Below are positions 51,517-59,060 of a DNA stretch of 60,289 bases, in pieces. The number at the start of each line of letters is the position of its first letter. The stretch's first letter is position 1. The DNA is from an uncultured Methanosarcinales archaeon (GTDB lineage Archaea > Nanobdellota > Nanobdellia > Woesearchaeales > JACPBV01): NCBI GenBank assembly GCA_964492935.1, contig CAZBLF010000004.1, positions 1 through 60,289 on the forward strand, written 5' to 3'. The notes under the pieces are model-generated. The model saw only the letters and a list, made by a program, of their open reading frames with translations, was not told where the DNA came from and did not search any database. A program made the translations under genes and the position numbers.

Positions 51517-52077
51517 GTGAACATAGGAATTCTAGCCCTCCAAGGCAACGTTCGCGAGCACGCAAACATTCTGAAACAGCTCAAAGCAACACCCGTTGAA
51601 ATTAAAACAGAGGAAGACTTAGACAACATAGATGCATTAATCATCCCCGGTGGAGAATCCACAACCATAACAAAACTCCTTTTCGAACAACAATTAGACA
51701 AGAAAATTCTCGCATTACATCACGATGGTATGCCCATTTTCGGAACCTGCGCAGGAGCAATAGTACTAGCAAAGCAAGTAATCCCCAACACAATCCAAAC
51801 ACTAAACCTCCTGGACATCACCATCAAGAGAAATGACTACGGACGCCAACTGCAAAGCTTCGAAACCACAATACATGCAGAGAACACCATCGGCAAGCAA
51901 CCACTAAACGCAATCTTCATCCGTGCCCCAGTTATTAAAAAAGCCAATTGCACAATCCTAGCTCAACACAATAACCATCCAGTCTTAGTCCAACAAGGCA
52001 ACCTCCTAGCCTGCACCTTCCACCCCGAGCTAGCAGGAGACAAAAGAATCCATGAATATTTCCTCAGCTTAATCTAA
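51517..52077 (+). CDS. pdxT: PLP synthase glutaminase PdxT
   Basis: ALQGNVREH, PGGEST, GTCAG, FIRAP, FHPEL motifs. Confidence 0.96.
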   Translation: MNIGILALQGNVREHANILKQLKATPVEIKTEEDLDNIDALIIPGGESTTITKLLFEQQLDKKILALHHDGMPIFGTCAGAIVLAKQVIPNTIQTLNLLDITIKRNDYGRQLQSFETTIHAENTIGKQPLNAIFIRAPVIKKANCTILAQHNNHPVLVQQGNLLACTFHPELAGDKRIHEYFLSLI

Positions 52078-52135
52078 CTGCAACACAGAAAACCTTATAT
52101 AGCAATTCTTCTAAAGTCAATAACGGTGATGTTAA

Positions 52136-52742
52136 ATGTCCGAATTTAGTAAGGTACTAGGTGTGCACAAAGCACAAATTGACGAGATCGAGCACGAGGT
52201 ATTAAGAAATCTGAACGCAGGAGATCTTAAAGATGCAGCATTCTGGATCAATGATCTGGAAACTCAGAGGGCCGTACAAGATAAGGCAAGTAAAACAACA
52301 ACCATCCTTAGAGGAGAGGTCATCCCATATGGAGGCATTCTGGGAAGACCTACGGGGGGATGTACCATGGGCTATAGATCCACAACTTGAGAGCATTAGG
52401 CAAGTAGTACCTCATGCACTTAGGAATTGGGGGGAAGTCCGCGAAGCAATAGAATATTTCTTCAACTATGGACCCGAACAGTGCGGCTATACTGGAACAA
52501 CCCTCTTTGAAGCTGCCAAGTCAGACATTGTAACCCATCCGGACTCGTGCATAAACTTCATAACTGCGTTTGTGAATTCATTCAACGATATCGGTAGCTA
52601 TGATAGGGAGACCCGAACAGACCATCTCCAACTATTCTGGAGCTATGCCGACAAAATGCAGGAGATCCTATCCGAGATGCGACCAGGATTCAGAGATGAC
52701 CAGAAATTTGGAGACTATTTCAGAAAGGTGCCGAAAAGATAA
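52136..52742 (+). pseudogene. Frameshifted hypothetical gene (ORFs 52136..52390 and 52233..52742)
   Basis: TATA and GGTGA RBS precede 52136. Removing one base near the A4 run at 52292-52295 joins the frames into one ORF of about 201 aa. Confidence 0.55.
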
Positions 52743-52809
52743 AAATCCAGCTGTAACCCTATCGGATTCTTCGTACCACAACCAAAACATCTATAGGTAT
52801 CTACCAACC

Positions 52810-53682
52810 TCACAACAAATCAATATTAAAGAAAATTCTAATAAAGAAACCAATTCCGAACGTAATCAAAGCAACCCCTAAGCTCAATCCAGCCATCTCA
52901 AAGAACTTATGTGCAAACGAAACCTCCTGCACAATAGAGATATAGAATGTAAATACTAAAATCACAATCAACGCATTAGTAATCGTCCACAATAAAGCAA
53001 AGAATGGATTTGATAAAACAAAGTAAGGAAACACCAAGAAGAATACCGTAATAAGATAAGCAATTCCAGTATACCAGGCAGCTGTAAAGGGAGGTTTCTT
53101 CGAACCTTCCGCCTTTATTGACAAATACTCGGAAGCAGCCATCGAAAAAGCAGCCGCAATTCCCGTTATCAACCCAGCTATAGCCACTAACGTAGTTTTC
53201 TGAAACGCCAAGGTCAATCCTGCTAAGGCACCCGTCAATTCAACAAGAGCATCATTCAACCCTAGCACAATAGAGCCCGCATACAGTTTAGCCTTATCAG
53301 AAAGCAACCGAATCAACCGAGCCTCATGACCAGCCTCATTCTCCTCAATCTTTTTAGCAGCAGGAATCGCATCATAAATGGTATTACATTCTTTTTCAGT
53401 TAAATCCTCTTTTTTCTCCATCAATTTAATCCCAAAGAGTAACCCAAAACAACGAATCAAGAAGGAATACCAAAATACTTTCAGATGACTAGGCTCAACC
53501 TCCTGTTTAGAAAACTTTTTCCAAAAGTCATGGTGCAGCATCTCATCTTTTGCCAAATGTTCAAGCAATTTCTTATTTTTAGCATTACGAGTACGCTTAG
53601 CCAGGTTAGTATACACCTGATACTCACTCAACTCATTCCGTTGAGCTTTGAGAATTAACTTCATGACTGCTGCACTAACCAT
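52810..53682 (-). CDS. Rubrerythrin-like + VIT1/CCC1 iron exporter (MbfA-like)
   Basis: E..E, DEMLH, EAGHE; VLGLNDALVE, SMAASEYLS motifs. Confidence 0.88.
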   Translation of the reverse strand: MVSAAVMKLILKAQRNELSEYQVYTNLAKRTRNAKNKKLLEHLAKDEMLHHDFWKKFSKQEVEPSHLKVFWYSFLIRCFGLLFGIKLMEKKEDLTEKECNTIYDAIPAAKKIEENEAGHEARLIRLLSDKAKLYAGSIVLGLNDALVELTGALAGLTLAFQKTTLVAIAGLITGIAAAFSMAASEYLSIKAEGSKKPPFTAAWYTGIAYLITVFFLVFPYFVLSNPFFALLWTITNALIVILVFTFYISIVQEVSFAHKFFEMAGLSLGVALITFGIGFFIRIFFNIDLL

Positions 53683-53735
53683 ACCCTTATCAGATCTCAA
53701 ACATATATAAGATTTACTATACGATTACCGTAGGT

Positions 53736-53761
53736 GAGTTCCGCCATGCCTCAGCGTTATC
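53736..53761. repeat. Degenerate right arm of the short hairpin element
   Basis: GAGTTCCGCCATGCCTCAGCGTTATC resembles AAGTACGCCGTGCCTCAGCAGTATC (7111-7135). Confidence 0.45.
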
Positions 53762-53818
53762 ACCACACATCAAGAAAAGCTAACCTTTTTATAGAAATCA
53801 CAGTTAACAATCGTTAAG

Positions 53819-54403
53819 ATGGAAACCAAACTAGAACCAAAAATCAGCAAAGACATGCTTATTGGAGAGATTGTCCTAAAATATCCCAAAGCTGCTGAAC
53901 AACTAACGAAAGAAGGAGTTCACTGCGTAGGATGTGGGGCAGCTACTCATGAAACCATCGAGCAAGGCCTCGCAGGCCACGGAATATCTCCCGAAGAGAT
54001 AGAAAAAGTAGTGGGGAGATTAAACGAATCAGTAAAAGACATAGAACCAAAACCCGATTTCAAAGCAACTTCAACCGAAGATTCCGTTAATATCACTCAA
54101 GACGCGGCCGATAAAGTAAAAGAACTCATCGAAAAGCAAAAAGAAGATTATATCGGTCTAAGAATCAGCGTCATGGCCGGTGGATGTTCCGGATTCCAAT
54201 ACGGATTCGAATTTGCAACAGAGAAAAACAAAGACGACAGAGAATTCGAAATTAAAGGTACTAAATTCTTCATGGATCCCGAATCATTTGAAATGATTAA
54301 AGGATCAAAAATCGAGTATGTAGATGCATTAGAGGGAGCAGGTTTCAAAATAACCAATCCAAACGCATCACAAAACTGCGGCTGCGGAAAATCTTTTAAT
54401 TAG
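53819..54403 (+). CDS. DUF1858 + IscA/HesB A-type Fe-S carrier fusion
   Basis: GVHCVGCGAA.HETIEQG; GGCSGFQY; CGCGKSF. Confidence 0.9.
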   Translation: METKLEPKISKDMLIGEIVLKYPKAAEQLTKEGVHCVGCGAATHETIEQGLAGHGISPEEIEKVVGRLNESVKDIEPKPDFKATSTEDSVNITQDAADKVKELIEKQKEDYIGLRISVMAGGCSGFQYGFEFATEKNKDDREFEIKGTKFFMDPESFEMIKGSKIEYVDALEGAGFKITNPNASQNCGCGKSFN

Positions 54404-54407
54404 ACTT

Positions 54408-54570
54408 CTGACTGCTAACAGCATAAGGTCAAAACTCTATCAATTTCAAAGTCGAGCTCGTCGCGAGGGGTCGCTGCTGCTGCGAGAAGGAGCTTCTCGC
54501 TCGCTTCAAATCACGGGAACGCCGAGCATACAGAATACGAAGCAAGAGTTTTGAAGCTATAAGCAGTCAA
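54408..54570. mobile_element. Hairpin/MITE-like element, long type, copy B
   Basis: TGACTGCTAACAGC...GCTATAAGCAGTCA IR; clearly homologous to 32586-32745 along its length; flanks TTAGACTT/CTAGAATC (5/8). Confidence 0.8.
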
Positions 54571-55251
54571 CTAGAATCCTATTGTGTTCCACAAAATCAA
54601 TACTAAGTCTACGAATAAGAACATTCCAATCAAGAAATACATAGGGTGACCCTCTCGTTCTCGTGGCAAGCTCTCTCGAACCACCATATACAAGAGTGCG
54701 CCTCCAACAATACCCAGCAAAGAGATATTCATAAATTCAGTAGTCTCAACAATCGTTCCCAGCAAAGCACCGATAAAAGGAGCACTAGAAAAAAAAGCCT
54801 TCTGAAGGTAGTGTTTAGTCATCTTCTTCGGCAGACTATCAATAGCGATGTGAAACGTTAACGGAACAAATAACAAAATACCCTGCAACACATCCCGCTC
54901 CACCAAATTAATCAAAACAAAACCCACAACCAACGAATAGAAGAAGGAAGTAACTAAATGCACCTGCCCATGCAATCGCGTATACGACCGCGTACCATTC
55001 CGCTGCCGAATATACTTCTCAACCAAATGAAACACAGCAAATCCAAACAATAAAGGAAAGAACAACAACGGATTCAAACTACTAGCCCCGATATAAATCT
55101 CCGGCAACAAAATCAAGAACAAATACGAAACCGAAACACCCGCTGCAAACGAAATAAAGCGCATCTTCTTGCCATCGGGGATCCTAAACATCTCCTCAGT
55201 AACAAAATCTACAATTCCCAATACAAAAGCAAGCAAATATCCAAGCGCCAT
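54571..55251 (-). CDS. ZIP-like metal transporter-related membrane protein
   Basis: SFAAGVSVSYLFL.LLPE, FHLVEK, GGALLYMVVRESLP motifs. Confidence 0.75.
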   Translation of the reverse strand: MALGYLLAFVLGIVDFVTEEMFRIPDGKKMRFISFAAGVSVSYLFLILLPEIYIGASSLNPLLFFPLLFGFAVFHLVEKYIRQRNGTRSYTRLHGQVHLVTSFFYSLVVGFVLINLVERDVLQGILLFVPLTFHIAIDSLPKKMTKHYLQKAFFSSAPFIGALLGTIVETTEFMNISLLGIVGGALLYMVVRESLPREREGHPMYFLIGMFLFVDLVLILWNTIGF

Positions 55252-55307
55252 ACACCTACCTTTAGAAAGGAACTTTAAAAAGCTTTTCAATCAAAGCCCT
55301 TGCTAAA

Positions 55308-56261
55308 TCAGTTCTTCAGTTTCCATTCCTTCCGAACAAAGTAACCTACAACAACCAGCAAAACCAAAAAAACAACAATACCAAGAATATTGCTAAACTG
55401 CCAATCAAGCAACGAACCCTGGAAAGCATAATAGAAATCTCTTGTATTGAAAATATCCCACGTGTTAAAGACAGTGGTACCTTGGAAAATAATGATAATC
55501 GCTCCCAAAACAACAAACAACAAACCAGAGATCAGATTAGTCGAATGAACCTGAAAAGAACCAAAATGAAACGTCCTTCCACGAACAAATCTACTCCTCC
55601 CAAGATTAAATTTATCCCAGACCAAAGACAATACAAACAAAGGAACTAAATTACCTAAGGAATAAGCAAACAGCAAATACCCAGAATGAACCGGATTACC
55701 CATCAAAGCACCAATACCCAATATCGAAGCCAAGATAGGACCTAAACACGCACTCCAACCTAAAGCAAAGAACACACCTAACAGAAAGATTCCCCAGAGA
55801 TCATTTGAGAAATGCCGAGCTTTATGGAAAAACGAACCAAAACCTTTTCCTAATAACGACAACACCCCCATAAAGATGAGAAAAGCACCAGCAAGAGTAA
55901 CAATCCATCCCGGCTGAGCAACCGTCATAGCTCTCTCCCCAGCAAACCCAGCTATAATCCCCATAGCAACAAAAACCAAACTAAACCCAGAACCAAAAAC
56001 CAAAGTCATCAACGTAATGTTCTTTTTCTCTTTGAACGTATACGAAAAGTAAGCAGGAATGAAAGGCAAAATGCAAGGCGATAACATCCCAAGCATCCCA
56101 GCAACAAAAGCGATGAAGAACGAAGCCCGAGCAGCAAAATCAATGGTGATATTATTATTATAATCAATAATCCTCTGCAATCCTATCGGAATCTCAGCAG
56201 AAACAAAAGTAGCCAAACTAAACAAAACTAATAACAAAAGCCGTCCTTTGTGTATCTTCAT
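55308..56261 (-). CDS. ccdA: CcdA cytochrome c biogenesis / DsbD-like protein
   Basis: LSPCILPFIPAY and GWSACLGPILASIL motifs. Confidence 0.88.
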   Translation of the reverse strand: MKIHKGRLLLLVLFSLATFVSAEIPIGLQRIIDYNNNITIDFAARASFFIAFVAGMLGMLSPCILPFIPAYFSYTFKEKKNITLMTLVFGSGFSLVFVAMGIIAGFAGERAMTVAQPGWIVTLAGAFLIFMGVLSLLGKGFGSFFHKARHFSNDLWGIFLLGVFFALGWSACLGPILASILGIGALMGNPVHSGYLLFAYSLGNLVPLFVLSLVWDKFNLGRSRFVRGRTFHFGSFQVHSTNLISGLLFVVLGAIIIIFQGTTVFNTWDIFNTRDFYYAFQGSLLDWQFSNILGIVVFLVLLVVVGYFVRKEWKLKN

Positions 56262-56626
56262 TATGGTAATGCACAGCCTGTCTTATCAGCTAACGTCTGC
56301 AATGACTGCACCCCAGTAACCCTACTTCCATCTGAAAATTCCCAAGTAGGATACGATTGAATATTCGCCTGCTTACAAACTTCTGTCTCCCCAGCCCTTT
56401 TCGGCAGCGAACATTCAACATAATTCACGAAATCCATAGAATCCTCAAACAACCCCTTCTGGGCATTACAATGAGAACACCAATACGCTCCGAAGAACGT
56501 AGCTCCACTTTCAGTAACACAAGAAGCAAACACATCCATCGGACTATCCGCAACCGCATTTCCGGTAATGTTTGAACCACATCCAACCAAAAACAACAAT
56601 CCTACTAATAATAGTATTTTCCTCAT
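56261..56626 (-). CDS. Thioredoxin-like lipoprotein
   Basis: LVGC lipobox, GAYWCSHC, YVEC, YPTW. Confidence 0.85.
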   Translation of the reverse strand: MRKILLLVGLLFLVGCGSNITGNAVADSPMDVFASCVTESGATFFGAYWCSHCNAQKGLFEDSMDFVNYVECSLPKRAGETEVCKQANIQSYPTWEFSDGSRVTGVQSLQTLADKTGCALP

Positions 56627-57075
56627 CGTATCACAAACGTCCCCGTCATATCACTATGCCCGAACCCACAGAAAATCGTGCAGATAAATTCCCATACCCC
56701 TTTCTCATCTGCTACAAATTCAAGCTCTAAAGGCATTCCCAGTCTAATCTTAGTATTAATATCATATCCAGGTATGTCAAAACCTTCAATTTCAAAACCA
56801 TGAGGCACATCCTCTGCCGTAACAATCAATTTCACCTTCTCCCCTTTATTTACAATAATCAATTCAGGAGCAAAATCAAACTGAAAAGCACTAATTTCAA
56901 TAACCCTCACCCCATTAATAAGTTCACCAGTAGCCTCCATATCCGCAAATCTCTCAGTATTGTAACCAACAAGCTTCTCAGCTTTTACAACATCGCCACC
57001 ACCTGAACAACCAAACAAAAACATCGGTACCAATAACATCAACAACGTAACCCCTTTTATTTTCTCAAACATCAA
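56623..57075 (-). CDS. Stand-alone CuA-type cupredoxin (COX2-like) lipoprotein
   Basis: LFGC lipobox; DVPHGF and CTIFCGFGHSDM. Confidence 0.85.
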   Translation of the reverse strand: MMFEKIKGVTLLMLLVPMFLFGCSGGGDVVKAEKLVGYNTERFADMEATGELINGVRVIEISAFQFDFAPELIIVNKGEKVKLIVTAEDVPHGFEIEGFDIPGYDINTKIRLGMPLELEFVADEKGVWEFICTIFCGFGHSDMTGTFVIR

Positions 57076-57908
57076 TATTCACCCCCATAAATATCCTGTA
57101 TCAAAGAAGTTTCAACAACCTCAGCCGAATTATACGAATAATCTTCAGGCAATTCCCCTTTCAACCCACCGGTAAAGATAATGCGACCATCCGTAGCATC
57201 TAACCCCACAAATAAAGGATACAATTTCTTAATCTTCACCAACCACACCGGATAATTCTTGATAATAGTCAACATCGGTTCTTCATCAGTGCTTTCAGCG
57301 TTCATATACATATTAGCTGCTTCCTGTGCAACCTCTTTTGAGAAAGCAGGGTTCACCGTAATAGCCTCAGCCGGATAAAAGAAGTTATGTGCCATCCAAT
57401 ATACTATTTCACCTTTAACCGGATCAACCTCAACCTCAAAACGTTCCTGTAAGAATGCTATTTCTCCTATATATCGATACCAGAAAAACTGAGAAGTTCC
57501 CTGATACAGTTTTGTAACACCACCATATCTCAATTGAGATCGGTACGAAGAAGGCAACTTCTCTAGCTGACCTTCAGCAATCTTCTTCATCTCGGCCTCA
57601 CTTTTAACAGCCTTCTTACCTCTCTGAACCAGACTATCATCTCTAAATCCAACAACAGAAAAGTCCAACGGATGAATCGCTACAGATAACTCCAATTGCC
57701 TATCAAATTTAACAATCAACATCTCATTAAAGTAATCAAAGCCCTTAGGTTCCTCATACAACCCTAGAAACTCCTGCGCAGCTTGAGTAATACCTTCCTC
57801 TAGCGGCTTATCATAATCCACATCCACATCATACAACACAAACCCGTGACCATAGCTCAACGAAGCCATAATCAACGTAAAAAAAACAAGTAAGACACCC
57901 CTTTTCAC
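57072..57908 (-). CDS. Exported PepSY/YcdB-like protein
   Basis: Signal peptide; VEVDPVKGEIV and PVW...LDATDGRII PepSY-like units; GGGGTGA RBS. Confidence 0.65.
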   Translation of the reverse strand: MKRGVLLVFFTLIMASLSYGHGFVLYDVDVDYDKPLEEGITQAAQEFLGLYEEPKGFDYFNEMLIVKFDRQLELSVAIHPLDFSVVGFRDDSLVQRGKKAVKSEAEMKKIAEGQLEKLPSSYRSQLRYGGVTKLYQGTSQFFWYRYIGEIAFLQERFEVEVDPVKGEIVYWMAHNFFYPAEAITVNPAFSKEVAQEAANMYMNAESTDEEPMLTIIKNYPVWLVKIKKLYPLFVGLDATDGRIIFTGGLKGELPEDYSYNSAEVVETSLIQDIYGGEY

Positions 57909-57944
57909 ATCGAATCACCCCTTAAAGAAAGAGTGAAGGACTGC

Positions 57945-58175
57945 TTAGCAGCCCCCCACCATTGTTGGGAGATTCTGGATACTTGAGGGCAAAGACCCCG
58001 TGCTTCCAGAGGAAGCAGGAGCTGACGTAGCAGTCGAAGTGCGGGCACTCGTACTACCTATGGTCATTTCACCCTCAGCCAGATCGTGTTTTAAGGCACT
58101 CAGCTGAAATGCCTGTACTACTGATATCAGTAGTAAAAATCCTAATACCAATGCAAATACCGTTGTTTGTTTCAT
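57945..58175 (-). CDS. Small membrane-anchored protein with Ser/Thr linker and C-terminal LPTMVGGC
   Basis: 76 aa, N-terminal hydrophobic helix; RBS lies inside the previous gene. Confidence 0.75.
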   Translation of the reverse strand: MKQTTVFALVLGFLLLISVVQAFQLSALKHDLAEGEMTIGSTSARTSTATSAPASSGSTGSLPSSIQNLPTMVGGC

Positions 58176-58176
58176 C

Positions 58177-58917
58177 TTAACATCCTCCTACCATTCCTGG
58201 TAATTCATGCAACACGGCACTATCGCCGCCCGCTATTTGACTTCCTAACTCAATCATGTTCTTTGGGAACCACAATGTTTTCCACTTCATAACCTCTCTC
58301 AATATTTCTGCATCATTATAGTCAGAATACGCACTCAAATACAATGCAACACTCAATACGCCAGGATTGTGTGCACAGCCACAGCGCGAATTGCCATTTG
58401 CATCAGCACCAATCGGCCCTACTCCGCAACAATACTCACATGAAATTCCTTTAGGGGTGCTCGCCAAATGAGCAAAGCGTGCAAACGCCTCAGGATCAGC
58501 CTGCTGCACCTCAGCCGATAAGGGCCTATGCATTTTAGCCAATGTGTCTAATGAATTAACCGGATCATCAAAACTAACCCCTAATTGCTCTCCATATTCA
58601 GGAGTTCCGGTAGGGAACATCATAGCCATAACCTCATCCCCATTCTTACCTTCTAAATCAAACACCGCCGCAATAGTTTGTGCAGTACTTTGCAAGCTTT
58701 CAACATCCACATTACTCAAATCTCCTCCACCAGCAAACAAGTTAACGCTTGAAGAACTGCCCCTTAAGACCATACCTGCCTTTCCAGTTAATCCCATAAT
58801 CTGGAACTGGTTAACAAATAAAACCGCTAATAATAAACTTCCAATGATAACAACGGGCGTCGTAAACACCTTTTCCGATTTTTTAATCGGCTTCAACATC
58901 GTAATTTTTCTTTCCAT
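58177..58917 (-). CDS. Membrane-anchored Cys-rich protein (CEYCC...CGCAH) with C-terminal LPGMVGGC
   Basis: GGAGGA RBS, N-terminal TM, Cys/His cluster. Confidence 0.8.
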   Translation of the reverse strand: MERKITMLKPIKKSEKVFTTPVVIIGSLLLAVLFVNQFQIMGLTGKAGMVLRGSSSSVNLFAGGGDLSNVDVESLQSTAQTIAAVFDLEGKNGDEVMAMMFPTGTPEYGEQLGVSFDDPVNSLDTLAKMHRPLSAEVQQADPEAFARFAHLASTPKGISCEYCCGVGPIGADANGNSRCGCAHNPGVLSVALYLSAYSDYNDAEILREVMKWKTLWFPKNMIELGSQIAGGDSAVLHELPGMVGGC

Positions 58918-58967
58918 GTTTCCTCCTGGGATCTCTCCCCCAACAAAGTTTCATAGGTCTTACCCCA

Positions 58968-59060
58968 TATATAAATAAGATGCAATAATAGGGAAAGAAT
59001 AGGGAAAATATATAAGAAAAAGCCCGTTTTCGACATTTCATGAGTGCAAAGATAGGGAAA
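58968..59060. promoter_or_regulatory. Divergent TATA boxes with ATAGGGAAA direct repeats
   Basis: Repeats at 58988-58996, 58999-59007 and 59052-59060; TATA on minus (58968-58975) and plus (~59009-59015). Confidence 0.6.

Noticed and set aside
57945..58917. Selenocysteine extension after MVGGC
   Set aside because: Both genes end in TAA, not TGA.
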